From Hyphochytrium catenoides (Eukaryota; Protista; Hyphochytriomycota), in NCBI GenBank assembly GCA_900088475.1, contig FLMG01002723.1, positions 62,001 through 126,000 on the forward strand: 64,000 bases of DNA, given 5' to 3'. The first letter of the stretch is position 1. Each line of letters begins with the position of its first letter. The position numbers and the translations under genes were made by a program. Positions 40,518 through 54,048 of the stretch are shown piece after piece. Under the pieces are notes generated by a model. That model was given only the letters and a program-made list of their open reading frames with translations. It was not told where the DNA came from and made no database searches.

Positions 40518-40775
40518 ATGTCGCTCTTTGGACGTATCGCTTCGTACCTCTTCAATGAGGTAGCTGTTAAAACTTTGGCGGAGAGCCGGGCTTTCCAGAG
40601 ATTCGCATTGAAGACACACGAGAATGTTCAGCGGGCGAGGACTGTGGTCAAGGAGCAAGATCTTAGCAGCATTGGAGATAATTTGTCAAAGCACACTTCT
40701 GAGCTAAGGAAGTTCACCGCAGCTTTGAAAGAAGAGGTCTCGCGAGACGTCAACCGCTTAACCAAGGGAAACTAG
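40518..40775 (+). CDS. Small conserved protein, NCBP2-AS2/MRX7-like (85 aa, likely mitochondrial)
   Basis: Single-exon ORF MSLFGRIASYLFNEVAVKTLAESRAFQRFALKT. The LAxSxxFQRFAxxT pattern is recalled from this small-protein family. Confidence 0.7.
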   Translation: MSLFGRIASYLFNEVAVKTLAESRAFQRFALKTHENVQRARTVVKEQDLSSIGDNLSKHTSELRKFTAALKEEVSRDVNRLTKGN

Positions 40776-41107
40776 CTACCTCTCGGTCATAAAATCTCCC
40801 TCCTGCAGTATAAGCTGTGCTGCAGACACGATGATATCCTGATTGAGTCGTATAGTTTCAATGCTTAGGCCGGCCGCGGCAAGCATCCATCTCTGTGAGA
40901 CCGCAGAAGTTTCCGCACAAGGTACTCTCTCAAGGGCCGTCCGACGGGGCACCAATCGGTATCCTTTTCCTCTTGGGGGTTAGTGCCCACGGATTCAAAT
41001 TGCCGTAGCTGTAAACTAGGTAAAAAACCCCTGGCCTCGTCAGCAAAGTGTTACGAGCACAGTGTCAAAATGTATTAAGGTGCTTATCCAGAAGTCTGGA
41101 TGGGCGT

Positions 41108-44100
41108 TTAGTTCTGTTGATTTCTTACTATAGTGTACCGAACACTAATGGGGACCGTGTCAGAGGCTTCTAATAGCACGAAAAGTCGACTGAGGAACTT
41201 AACCTCAACTTTTCCCCAATCGTCTTTTGGGTTGACCTGTTCGTCAGAGCTCTCTGGAGCCCACAGAGTCAGGGTTTCCTTCTTGCTATCCCACACGCTC
41301 TTACCAATGTTGAGCGTCTGCAAATCCAGGCGGTCCACACAGCCAAACTTGGGCACCATGATAGTGAAACTCTTCTCACCTATCAATGGCACAGAACAGG
41401 ATGATGAGTGATCTTGCATCTCAATAAGAATCGCTTTGCCTGACGCGGTCCTAAACTTACCGACACCCATAATAATGCCCTCAGCGACAGTAGGGAACCG
41501 CTTCAGGTATAAGCAGAGGTAAACTTCGCTGCTCCTGTCTCCTGCATTTTTGGCATCCAGCTTCTTCTTGTTGCAATGCATGGCAATCTCACGAATTCTT
41601 TCCTGATTGATATAAAAGGAGATCTCCTCTTCGTCTCGCCTTTCTTTGTCTGCACACGCAGCTAGTAGTCGATGAACTATCAGGTCCGCGTACCGTCTGA
41701 TTGGAGACGTGAAATGCGTATAGTAAGGTATATTCAGCGCTAGGAGAGAGGTGTTAGAAACAGTTGCTCAACTGGGTCTGACGTTGATGGATAGAATATT
41801 CATTTGAAACGAAAGAGAACCGCTGGCCGTTTGATTGAAATGATACTAAGTGTTGATACAATGTGGCAAAAGTGCAATTAACAGGTCAAGCTCCAAATCG
41901 GGAATTGCAGGGAGACCGAGCTTAGTCCGTAGCCCAAATTGGTAACGCAGGTCTCCCTCCATACGTGACGTAGATGAGTGCGCGCTGAATTTCAAGGGAA
42001 TAGAGGCCACTCAGGAACAATATTGAGAAAGCTCTTCCTCACCATAGTGCTTCCAATCTTCCTGCGGGAAATCTCCAGCTGCAAAATACTCTGCAGGCTT
42101 CATCACTCGTGTTATCAGCTGTTGTAGAACTTCAAAGGCCAGGGGGTCCGGATGCTGGGACTTGGCTTCTTCAATAGACGCCCCTAGAGCTCCAGCTGAA
42201 GAGGGATCCAAGGGGAGCCCATGCTTGTCGGCCAAGAGTAGAAGACTCTCTAACCCTCTGCAAGTGACAGAGAGTGTAGGAGTGAGAGGCATGGCACCCA
42301 AGCCGAACGGGCGGTTAGCGTTTCAAGGTCTTCTCCTAGAGTACTCATCAGAGAGATAACTACCTACCGCTGCATGAGTGGGGGATGTCTTCTAAGGAGT
42401 GAAAAACCTCCAGCGTGAATAATGAGCTGCTGTGCTACTAGATAATTAGCAAGAAGCATAAACTCTTCCACAAGCTTGTTGCTTTCGCCGATAGGATATT
42501 CATAAGCTTTGATAGGGTTTCCATCATCATCGAGCTCGAAGTAGAGCTTAACGTTATGGAGCGCTAGAGCGCCGCTTTCAAAACGGCGTCGTCTTCTGTT
42601 CTTGGCTATTTCATTCATCAAAAGGACGTCCTTCGTTACCTAGATTGTAGAACTATTTAGAAATCGTACTTGTGGCTCTAAAGCTAGGCAAGCGGTTGCT
42701 TTACACAGAGAGAACGCAATCAATAAAGCTAAAAACACAAAGCTCGTACTAAATAAGGTCCAGCTATTGAATCTCTTTAGTGGGAGAAAATAGCACGATA
42801 TGGTACCTCTGCTCCAGTGTGGCCTCCTCCCGGTCTCCTTTGGGGATCCCACAAATCGGCTGCTAAGGTTGGATCATCAGCATTCGCGGAGGTAATCTTT
42901 CCGTCAATCATCCGCTGAGCAGTAGAATAGTCTAGCTTGCAGCAGGACCGAATGACCGAACGCTTGAACTGAGGTGCACAGTCCTCACAAAGGGAGCCAT
43001 CCCGGTTCATGCGCCAGATGACGGAATATGCCAATCTACGCAAGCAGGATACAGCTGTTAGAGGATTCATGTGCGATTGGTGTGATGAGAAAAGGCAATT
43101 GGGAACAAAGTGGGTCACAAGAAGAAAGTAGCAGACAATAGATCGAGCGTTGCGCCAGGTTCAGACTGTGATGAGCCAACCAAAATCTGTTTACCCAGCG
43201 TGAGAGATAGTGACACTCTCCTCTGTGTGCAGTCCTTACCTCTCCACATTCGGGTTTAGCGAGCACAGCTCCTCAGACAGCAACGCTGGAAGCATCGGAA
43301 TCACCATCTGCACTAGGTAGACGCTCGTCCCTCTCCTTCTCGCCTCTCTGTCCAGATCGCTCTTCTCCCTTACGAAGTAGGACACGTCAGCGATATGAAC
43401 TCCGATCTCCACTGTTCCGTCTGCTAAAGGCTTCACATGAAGTGTATCATCTAGATCTTTGGCGGTTGTCGGATCAATAGAGAAGATTCTATGGTCCCTA
43501 AGGTCCAATCTCTTCGACAGCTCACTGTCAGGGACTTTCCAGCTCTGACCAGGCAGAGACGGGAGAAATGGCTCAAGGCAGTCCAGTGCAACGGTAGGGA
43601 AATCTCCGTGGTCCACGTCATGGGCAGCTAGTAGCGCTTGTGTCTCTGCATTGATTTCTCCTGCTTCTCCGATGGACCTAGACGGATAGTGGTGAGTCAC
43701 CGCAGCATAGCCAACCATGCGGATAAGGGGAGTTCTCATGAGATACGGAATACTATTTGCCAAACATGGAAGGACCACTTTTCGCGAGTTTCATATATTG
43801 CCATGTCCTGCACTAAAGTACCTCTTAATGGTTCCAAGAGGATAGCGCTTGGTTTGGGGCCATTTCCCCAAGCGGCCAAGAACCAGCGTCTTCGCATAAG
43901 AAGATGGATCTTGGATAAAATCAGTAGGGAGTTGACGCCGAGGTATCAACATGTAGGGAATGCGCTTATCGCAGGGGCGAAGCAGCGCAAATTCCTGGGA
44001 AGATGGAAGAGGCAGTCCCGCCGGTAGATCTAGTTCTGGGGTTAAGGTGCCCAGAATATCCTTGTCTCTGCTCTCTTCCAGAATGTAGACGACTTTCGCT

Positions 44101-47100
44101 ATAGTGTTGAGTTAGGACATGTAGTCAGAGCATATCACTCTCTATATAGAAGACCCAACCATCGAAATTTGAGTTGAGGCTATCTTCACCCCCACCTCTC
44201 CACCTTCCCCCGCACTCTTTACTTCTATGTCATTTCGAACATCTCATGCCCTAGGGCCCGCATGGAGTTATGGAAGGGCTCGATGGCTGCGTCGATTCAC
44301 TCCACTGTACCCGATTCGTTATGCTCCAACCTCTCCGAAGCTAGAGTTACTCACCCGTGGGCCTCAATATGTCTCCGTATTTGAGCACGTCTGTGGGCAC
44401 CCGGACACCGCTTTCGGTCTCAAGCAGCGGACGAGGCGCCCACTGTAGCTCCGACGAGACTTTGGATCGCCACAAAACCTCCATTTCTTCTGGTGGAGGC
44501 GGACTTCCGACTTGAATGCTTAGCTTCTCCATAGATAAAGGCAGATGCTAGAAGGAGTAGATTAAAGTGGGAAGCTTAGGGTACAAATGCCGCGTGCAGG
44601 TGCATCGGAAACGACCGACACTTGTAGCCCTTAGGAATAAACAGAAGTGCCGTTTTTGCTACACAGTCAACGAAGGCAATAGCCTAACCAGGGCAGTGTC
44701 ACTAGTGAGCCTTTTCACTTCCAGTCTGACTTACCCTATCCTCAACCTTCTCGGCTCCTAGCTCTTGAGTATCAATGTGTCCTACAGCATCCGGCGATGA
44801 GCTGCACTCGGCCTCTTCTAATTCCGAGCTCTCTTCTCCTAAACCTTCGTGGTCTGGACTGTCTTTCCTTGAAAAAAGCTCCTGAGACGTCGTGTCGCTG
44901 ACTACCTCATCCTGCGCTAACTTGTCTCCTCTCTGTTCACTCTCGACATCTGATGGAAGTTGAAGAAGGATTAGCCATTCCCTGGACCTTGCCTCAATCT
45001 CTTTTTTTCTAGTGGCCACCAGTCTGTAGCTCCTCCTATCTCGTTCTCACGGTTGTTCTGCTTAGTTCTGATCTACGAAATGACCAATCTGCCCTACCTG
45101 GGGTCGCTCCTCCCGAACCCGATATCGACGCATCGCTTGCTGATGAGTCGTTTTTGAGATTCTCCCACATGGATACAGGCTGGAGCCTAATTACCACTAT
45201 TGCGCCCTCTAGCGCTCTGTTTCTAGCTTGTAAACCGTCCAGTAGTACATCTCTCGGAAAGCCCGGGATAGTAACATAGGCATGAGAACGCTTTTTGGCG
45301 TTGATTCGTAAGCTTCCCTGGAATAAGGTTCCACTCTTCAGCCCTTCCTCTACCTCTTCCCATGCCAAGTGCTCAACATAGGGCGGTCGTGATCTCCTTT
45401 TCTTTCCATTCGAGTCTGCGTAACAGGAAGTGAGGTTAGATTTGAAGTTCGTCGGCAATAGGTAAAGAGCTGGTGCACGAGCATGCATTCTGTCCCTTCT
45501 TCAGTTTTCGTCTCTACCCAGGCCACGTGGTGCAAGCCGGCTGATTACGTCAAACGCTGAAGCCTACATCTACCTACCTGCTGGGGTGGATCTTCCCGAA
45601 GCAGACGAATATGATGGAGCAACACTGTCAGCTCTTCTTTCATCATGTGCATTATTGTGTATTCCTAAAGACCCTGAAGCTCCTTTTCCCTGTCTAGAGC
45701 TTCTGTCTACATATGAGAAGCAGCCAGGTGTAATTTTTCTAAGTAAGATAAGACCCACAGCTCATGCACTGTACCTGAGGTTCTCCTCTTTCCATCCATT
45801 TGTTTCCGAACTGCTCCTCCTTGATGGTTCAAATCATCTTCTCGTTTGCGTTCGCCCGTAACTGGAGTTTTGGGGTGACGAGCTGGCTTTTGACGTCGTT
45901 CCAACCCTCCAGAGGGCCTTCTTCCTTTGTGTGGGGTAGTATGTAGAGGTTCTCCGTTACTTAGCTCTTGTGATGTAGCAATAGGGTAAGTGGAGCCATC
46001 GTAGCTGGTCTCTTGATGACATATATCCGACTTAGCATCATATTCAAAAATGCCCTTCCTGTCACCTTCGAAGGCCCTGTTTTTGGTCTTTTTGGACGAT
46101 GCTGGAGTAGTCAGATATTGTTCCTTCTGTGGTCTCCGGCCCTGTTGCTTTCTCGAGGGTTGAGAAGGCGTTCGGGGAGCTGTCAAGCCATCTTGATGCT
46201 TCTCCGTATGATCCTCCCGCGCGCGCGGCCGGACCCTGCCCTTGACCTGCTCTGGCTGTCCTAAGCCGTTCGATTGCCGGGAGAGATCTTGTTTCTGTAT
46301 GTCCCAGGAGTGTGGCAATGCATCCGGCGGACCACCATGTTTCTTCCTTGGGACCTTACTACGGTTGTTATCAGTGCTAGTAACCTCCCAGGCAGAGTCA
46401 CCTACAGTCGGCTGTCGCGCCTGCTGTCGTTCCTGCCTGAAATTCTGGTGTTTCTTCCCATATCCTCCATGTTGCGGCGGTGCTGTTTCATAATGCGGCG
46501 GTGCTGTTGAATATAAATGTAGGGGTAAGACGATAGAAATAGCATAATAGGGAGCCAAGATAAGAAATGATGGAAGGATGGCTCTTGGGTGCGTGTAATA
46601 GGCAATGAGAAGGTTGTTTGCAGGCTGCGCAGCGCAAGAGCCTCTACAAGATAACATTTCTGGCTAAGTACAAGCGAGGTCGAGCTGGCAACGTGAGAAG
46701 AAAACACGGAGTGGATCGAGAGAAGGCCAAGAAGTTGCCTAACCTGGTGGAGGTGCACCATAACGATGTCCTTGCGGCAGAGTTCCAGCTTCAAAGGGTT
46801 GCCGCACCCTATAAATCTGTTGGGAGTCTAGAAGAAGAGAATAGAATAGACCTTTAAGCCTCAAGCACCATAACAGCCTAGGTAAAACCGACACCCCTTC
46901 ATGACCACCAAAGGGGCTAAGAAAGGAAGAAGATACATTTCAAAAAGGAGGGAATGTTGAGCACTACGAGAAGACTTTAAGTTCTTCGAGGCCGATTGAA
47001 GACCACATCAAAGGAGCAAACAGAAAGAAATCCCTTCCGAAGGCGCATACTATTCTTAGACCGCGCGTTACCTGTCCATCCTGAGCTATGCACACCGGTG

Positions 47101-47705
47101 CCGCTCTCGTGCCGATCCTTTGCATCTGACTGAGCCCACAGTCCTGCGCCCATGCCCATGAGGTACTGGTCTGGGAGACCCCACTGTTGCTGCTGCTCCT
47201 GCTGAATCTGAGCCATGTGGTTCTCCTGGGTGGATATCCGCCGGCGAGATCTATGATAGGGTTCCTCAGTCTCCTCATCTTCCCCATCTCTGTTTTCTCC
47301 TCTTCCCTCCCCTCTTCCGCGACCTCCTCCTCTTCCGCGACCTCCTCCTCTTCCGCGTCCTCTTCCTCTACCTCTTCCTCCTCCTCTTCCGGGTGAACCT
47401 CCCACCCTTCCACCCGATTCTCGTCCTTCTCTTCGAGATGAGAATCCTCCCCTCCCATCAATGCTTTGTGGTTTGTCCATTTTAGCTCTCTGGTGATGTT
47501 TTTGGCCCACATGCCGCTCTTGCTGTTCTACATCTTCTTGCTTTGATAGCTCTTTGGGCCCGGGCGGCTGGTGTCTCTGTCTGCTGCGACCGCCCCTTCC
47601 AGCACGGCGGGGAAGCTCCCCATCTCTACTCATGGCCTGCTGTCGTGGGTCCTGCTGCTTGACAGGATGCCCTCTCCCTGCATCAAGTTGTTGGTCGCCT
47701 TCCAT
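41108..47705 (-). CDS. DIS3L2: DIS3-like exonuclease 2 (RNase II/RNB family) with long RGG-containing disordered N-terminus (multi-exon; 5' end approximate)
   Basis: CSD1 [36 protein letters not shown]. Catalytic [69 protein letters not shown]-terminal S1-like domain; no PIN domain seen. Confidence 0.9.
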
Positions 47706-48481
47706 TCCTGGGAAGGAAACGGAAGATGCGACAATGTCTCCACTTTCACTCCTCTCTTCCTGATTCGCTTGCTGGAAGGCCGATGGCTGTCTACAAGCCG
47801 GTCAGCTTTGCGGTGCTCTTGAGAACTTGGCCTGATCTTAACAGAGAATGGGGTGGTGCTGCTACGTATCCAAAGCGTCAGAGCTCGAACTAATCTTGGG
47901 GCTGTGGCAATGGGGAGCTCCTGTTGCCTGCATCACTGATGTTTGTCTTCTCTCTTCCTCCCAATAATATCTCTTTCGTCTGTGTGCCTCCGCTTATGTC
48001 CTCCGCGCTCTCCTATGTCTGACACTCTGTCTCTCTGTCTGTCTCTCTAGCTATGTCCCTCTGTAAACCCTAGGAACCCTTTCCTAACAATAAGATTATG
48101 TTTCCTTCCATCCTGCGTCCAACCTAACCTCTTTTTGTCATATTATACGATGAAGACCACCTAGCCGCAGATGCTCTGAGTATTGCCGCTTCTAAGTAAT
48201 GTTATCAAGGAAGATACCTTCAACTTGATTCTGCTATTGTCGCTTAATGGGTCTTACGGGAAGGGAGGAAACGCTGGGAAGGAAGCTCTTTTGATGTGTT
48301 GCTCAGTGTTTGTTGACAGGAGGAAGTGCCCGGACAGTGTCGAGCTCTTTTAGAGGCCGAAGACTGCGCTTTAGAATGAAGCTGCTAGCGCTTCTTTGTT
48401 TTGGAGCTGTTAGTTAAAGCTGAGGGCAGAAGTGCCGTGAAGAGACAAACTGGGAAGCAGCAGAAGAACGTGGATGTTATT

Positions 48482-51400
48482 ATGGACTGGAGCTCCATTT
48501 ACGAGGACCATGGTGAGGAGGAGGGCGAATGGGACCATGTTGACGAGGATAGAAGCACCCGGCTAGCTCACAAGATTGAAGCCTTATCGAGGCAAGAACC
48601 GAATAAGTTTCAGCTGGAGGATGCATTTCACTCTTTTCCTGCCTCCCTCAGTGGCTGTACAGCTAGTCAGGTCTACTTCATCTCTATTTCTTCGTTGGAC
48701 GTGCCTACACAATAGGGGCTGGACTACGAAGTCTCATTTGTCTTTGCCCCGTGTGGCTGCTCTCTGGCCCTTAAAGTGCTCTAGTGTCATATGAGATCGC
48801 TCTCGTCCGTCACGTCCCGTTCCATTGCTCTGCTCACCGACATCGCCTGTAGGAGTTACAGCTTCGTAGCAGGAGCCAGTACAAGGACTGAGGAGAAGAA
48901 TCTTTACACGCCCTTTGTGGCTTACTCTTTCACTGTCAATTACATCCTGGGAGTAGGCAGTCTCGGCATTCCGTTCGCCTTCTATCATGCAGGAGTTGGC
49001 TGTGGCATCGTGATGATTCTTGTTATCTCCCTTGTCTCAATGCTAACAGGTGCCTCTTCATCTCTTCGCTTATCTCTGACTTACTCTCTATTTGACCTTC
49101 AAATCTCTACAAGCCCCTCCTCTATACTCTCTGTAATCCCCTCTTGTTATACTATGGTTCTCGTCAAAATCATTCTCATGAAGCTCAACTTGTCTGCCTC
49201 TCCTCTCCCGACTAGTCTCTTCACCTGTCTCGACTAGTCTCTTCCTCTCCCTTCGCTCTTGTGTATGACAAGAATTTTCTATATTTGCCGGTCTGCAGTG
49301 AACTGGGTGGTTGAAGCCGGTAGCAGAGCGCAGAGACTCTCTCGCTTGCCTCATTATCTTCACTCCTCGACATTCCTTCCCAGAGGCAGGAGGAGGGAGG
49401 ACGAAAGTAAGCCGCTTAACCCAAGGGCAGGACAGAAGAGGCGGGTCTCGGAGGCTCCAGAAGAGAAGTGTTACGAAGTGACCGAGCTCTGTCATAAGTA
49501 CCTGGGATCATCGGGTTCGTCTTGCAAGAGGATGATAAGCCATGTTGCTTCACTTGGTGTTTCTCTTCTCGCCCATCGCTTGTAATCACTCTCTGCTTTG
49601 ATTCTTCCTAGGACTGCATATTCTTGTTTCTCTTGGGCAACCGTATACTGGCCCATGGGAGTCTGACCGACTAGCTCGGCTTCTTCTTCTGGGATCATTC
49701 GCATACTGCAAGTTCTTAGGGCCTCTTTACATCTGATTCTTCGTACTCTCGAGTCGCTATCTATATTCCAGATTTATCTGCCGCTTTTCTAGTAAGGACT
49801 GCTTTAGATGGCTTCTGCATATTTTATCTCTGTTTTGGCTCTCTGAGTTAAAGTACCGTCTACCCACATATGGTTGCGACGTCTTCACTAGGGAAATGGA
49901 TGTATAAAGTCTCCCTGATTGGCCTAATGTGCCTTGGGTTACTGGGATACTCCCAGGTCTTCTGCAACAGTCTACACAGTCAGCTGGTTGGCATGCTGGG
50001 GAAGCCTGTGCCCCATTACTACTCGGCAGCGATTTTCTCGCTGTTCGTGGTGCCTCTGAGCTGTGTAGACCTTACGGAGCAAATTAGTGTGCAGGTGAGC
50101 CACTTGCGCATTCTAAGTCTTCGCGTTCGTGACCCTTGAACTTTAAGGAGGCCTCAAGATCTAACCAATCTCCTGATCTGCTTTGTCGCAACTTCCCAAC
50201 AGCTAGGTTGGGGTACCCTCTTTTCTTCCTCTTCTCTAGATTGGCGGTTCCTCTCCTTTCACCGCTTCCGGACCAGACATTTTTTTCAGGCGCCCGCTAA
50301 CTCATCTTTTGACCTAGGTGGCTATGGCTATAGTTCGATTTTTTTCTTTGGCCATCATGATGTTTGGAGCACTCTTTGCGATATACTATGACCCCGTTGA
50401 TGGCGAGAGCGAAGCCCGACAACCTCCCTATTATAGCAGCGTCCCCTTATTCGACTATTCTGGAGTGGGACTCATGTTTAGTACGGCGCTATTCTCTCAG
50501 CTTTTCCAACACTCGGTACCCGGTCTCATGTACCCTCTGTCCTCTCGAGACAAGCGAAAAGCTCGGTAAGGCTCCGAAGAGGGGGAATAGTGACCTGATG
50601 AGTAGCCCAGCCGGCATGTCGAATGTACTGCACTTCGCGGCGTAAGAGGCGAGAAGGGAAGGAGAACCGATGTACTCAAAGGATGGATGTTAGACAAAAG
50701 GCTTTGTGTTTTGCTGGCTACACTCTGAAGTGCAAAATGAGTAACGTTTCCTGTTTACTCATGCATAGTGTCTTCTTTATAACTGACCTCTATCGCATCG
50801 TCTCACTCCTGACCACAGGAAGATCTTCGGAAGTGCCCTCACCACTACTGCTGCGCTTTACATTGGCCTCGGACTGATTTGCAGTCTATATTTTGGCAGT
50901 CAGCTGCGGTCCAGTGTAAACTTGAACTGGGCTGGTTTTACCTGGGGTTTGACTGATTTTCCAAAGAAGGGACACCCAGCAGAAGAGCTTCCTGTCTGGG
51001 CCAACCTACTCTCCTTTATTGTCGTTATTTTTCCAGCACTTGATGTACTGAGTGTCTATCCTCTTATTGCCATCACCTTGGGGAACAATCTGGCTGTCTC
51101 CGGGCACTTTCTTTTTCCGTTTCTTTCAAAGAAGAGGAACATCCTCGTCTGGCGAGTGGTGGCGTCATCCCCGATGATTGTGGTTAGTCTCTTTGTAGGT
51201 GACCTTGCGACTACTATGCAATTCACAGGTAAGACCATCACCCCTTTCTCCCGGTACCTTTAGCGGTATCTTGAGAAGACTATGTATACAGAGTAACTGG
51301 GTCTTTCTCTTTACGTTCTGGTTCGCGGGTCCTACACATAGCGTTGTCCATACGCTCTGGATTATGAGCCTTCTCATTGGTCTTGGTTATCTGTTCATGT

Positions 51401-51685
51401 CAATGGCCCAGCTTGCCACTCCTCCCCATCTCTCCTTTCAACCACAGCCACCTCACTTCTCCGTATTAACCTTCCATTTTAGGCATCTTTGGCCTGTGGG
51501 TCGCCTTTTTCACTCCTTGTCTACTTCAATACTACTCTATGGAGGTCTGTCAAGCAGAATTTGGCACCTACGAGACACCTTTTTCCTGGCACTTTAGCAG
51601 CGTTCGATATGTCTTGCTGGTGGCTGCCTTTGCTGTGATAGCGATGGTGGTGGTGACCATGCAGATTGTGGAGGCACTGGTGTAA
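48482..51685 (+). CDS. Amino-acid transporter (AAAP/Aa_trans family), TMEM104-like (multi-exon)
   Basis: YTPFVAYSFTVNYILGVGSLGIPFAF, YEVTELC, PLSCVDLTEQISVQ, FSTALFSQLFQHSVPGL, SVYPLIAITLGNNL. About 11 hydrophobic helices; stop TAA at 51683-51685. Confidence 0.88.
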
Positions 51686-52081
51686 CCCTACAGCCGAGAA
51701 AAATAACATATTTATTATTTCTTTGTTTTTCCACCCTGTTGTCTTCTTCGCTTCCCTCTTTCTCGCCATCACCAGCTGTCAACAGTATGCTGTCTGACGG
51801 CTAGTGCTCCGAGCCCCAATCCCGGCCATACGAGACCTCCTCGCCAACGCGCTGGAAGTCCATATCAGCTATTGCTATGGTGTAGACACATAAGGTAGAG
51901 GGCCTGGTCTCCATCATAACAATTTCCCGTGCAGTTTTCCATCTAATGGCAAGAGTAATCAGCATAATCTCCTTGAAGGAAATGCGACCACTTATCGTAT
52001 CCTCTTGGATCTCTTGAGAGCAATAGAATGGCGGCCGGGGGGCATCGCCAGCCTAGCTCTGGCTTCTGATGGTGATGGAGT

Positions 52082-52230
52082 TTACAAAATTGACTGGTTT
52101 GCCGCCTGATATGATAGGACTTCCTTCTTCAACGTCTCTGCCTCCTTCTTGAGAACGCTCCGGAGTTTTCTCAACAATTGCAAGCCCTATTAGTTGCTTC
52201 TGTCAGTGTTGGGTATCTGACTAGCTTGGG

Positions 52231-52289
<59 letters not shown>

Positions 52290-54048
52290 TTTTTTTGGTC
52301 ATTCTGTTCTCTTTAAATCTCTCTGATGAGTATGTCGGTTACCTGTGACTTTTGGTAGTACATAGCTTTGAGGGCAGCTTGGGCTTGAGCTACCACATCT
52401 CGCTCTTCAGTCTTAGAGTCCTCCAGAAGCCACTGGGAGTTAGTGTCCAGAGCGTAAAAAGCGTCCGAGGTCTTCCGCATCTTTCGCTCAGCGACAAGCG
52501 TCAAAGGCTCTAACATAATGGAATGGAGCGACAGAATCTGCCGGTGTTGGATATTAGAAGAGAGGTCTTTGGTTAGGTTTCCTTATAGTAAACCTTCCAA
52601 AGCTCCGCCATACAGGCCTTGCGTAAAACAAGGAGAAAGAGAAAGAATCTACTTTGGGAGTTTCCGAGATAGGCAGAGGTGAATAGGGGAACCGGATCGA
52701 AAGGACAAGGAGCCACGAAGACCTCTTTTGGTTGCGAGCTTCCTCGATCATTGGAGAGTGAAAAAAGAGAATTGGGCATCTAACCTTCTCAATCAAGTCC
52801 ACAGCCTTCAGCTTCAAACCGAGGCTCTCACAAGCACGCTTATATGACTTCAATGTCGCAAGTGGGGTCATAACCTCAGCTGCAGGTAGGCACATACAGG
52901 CAAGGAGCAAGCGGACAAAGTCAACACAATGCCAGTTGGAACACAAGCTAGATTATAGTCTAGAGTTATGGAGAGTGTAAGCGCTGGACCAGCCAAGCCA
53001 TTAGGAGGGAGACCGATGAAGGGACAAGAGGGAAGAAAACGAATACATTTTGATCAAAAGCCACCTCTCTGGGAAGGAATGCAACCACGTGCCGCAAAAG
53101 CCTACCAAACAGAGTCGCTTCCACAATCGGTTCCAGGAGGGACTCAGGTACCTCCAGCGTCCTTGAGACTGTGGACATCCTCTCTCGAATTGACGCTTCC
53201 AAGGCCTTCTTCCCTTCCTCTTTACCTCGCTTTCGCTCTGTGCCAGACGTAGGAGATGTAATCTCCCTAAGACGGGGACGCTTCGGTGCTTTCTCCTCTT
53301 CATTGTTCTGCTGAATAACTTCTCTAACCCTGTTGATCGTCAAATCATCTAAAGTTTTCCCTATGTGCACTGTCTCCTTATTTAAGCTATCGGGGAAAGC
53401 CTGCGGAGAGTTCTGGAGGCGATACCGTGTGTGTCCTCTTACTTTCTATGCAAATAAGGAGGGGAAAGGGCGATAAGGACGATGTGGACAACGGCAAGAC
53501 ATTGCAAAATCGAGACTCTGTCTCCCTGGTTTGCATCACTTCCTTTCCGCTGGCTACCCGAAGCTAACCTAAGCAGAACGGCGTGATACCTTCAGAACTG
53601 CCTCCTCGGCTTCTACATCCCCTCCACCTCGGGATCGCGTCATTCTCTTCTAATCCTTTTTCTTCTCAGGATGTACATCATCCCAACTTTTTCTTCTCAG
53701 GATGTACATCATCCCAACGTTACCTACCTCTCCAATAGCGATCGAGCTAAGAATTTGCTTTATTATCTCTTCTGGCACATCCCGGTGTCCCTTCGTGCGC
53801 AGACTGCCAACCAGCTGTTTGAAGGTGGAAGGGAACTTCTCTAGCTCCTTCATAAGCTGCTCTCGCACTCGCAACCTCGTCTCCGTAGTTACATGCCCGC
53901 TTGCCTCAACTCCGACCTCCCTCTCATCCGTCCCTTCCTTCATCCCCTCCTTAAGCTCTATTTTCTCTGTGTTTGCCTTCTCCATGGACTCATGATCGTC
54001 TTCTGTCGCTTTGTCCCTTCCTTCCTGTCCTTCTATTGAGGGCTCCAT
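52082..54048 (-). CDS. Hypothetical helical/coiled-coil protein (multi-exon)
   Basis: Exon chain with GT-AG boundaries from MEPSIEGQEG to GLQLLRKLRSVLKKEAETLKKEVLSYQAANQSIL*. NLS-like PKRPRLR; no family recognised. Confidence 0.6.
52236..52286. repeat. (CT)n microsatellite, ~25 units, intronic
   Basis: Perfect TC dinucleotide run. Confidence 0.95.
53657..53718. repeat. Perfect 31-bp tandem duplication
   Basis: TTTTTCTTCTCAGGATGTACATCATCCCAAC at 53657-53687 and 53688-53718. Confidence 0.95.

Noticed and set aside
39900-47705. Functional link between U2 snRNA and neighbouring DIS3L2
   Set aside because: No sequence evidence beyond proximity.
52573-52575. Apparent in-frame TAA suggesting stop-codon reassignment
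   Set aside because: It lies inside a short GT..CTAAC..CAG intron; genes here end normally on TAA, TAG and TGA.
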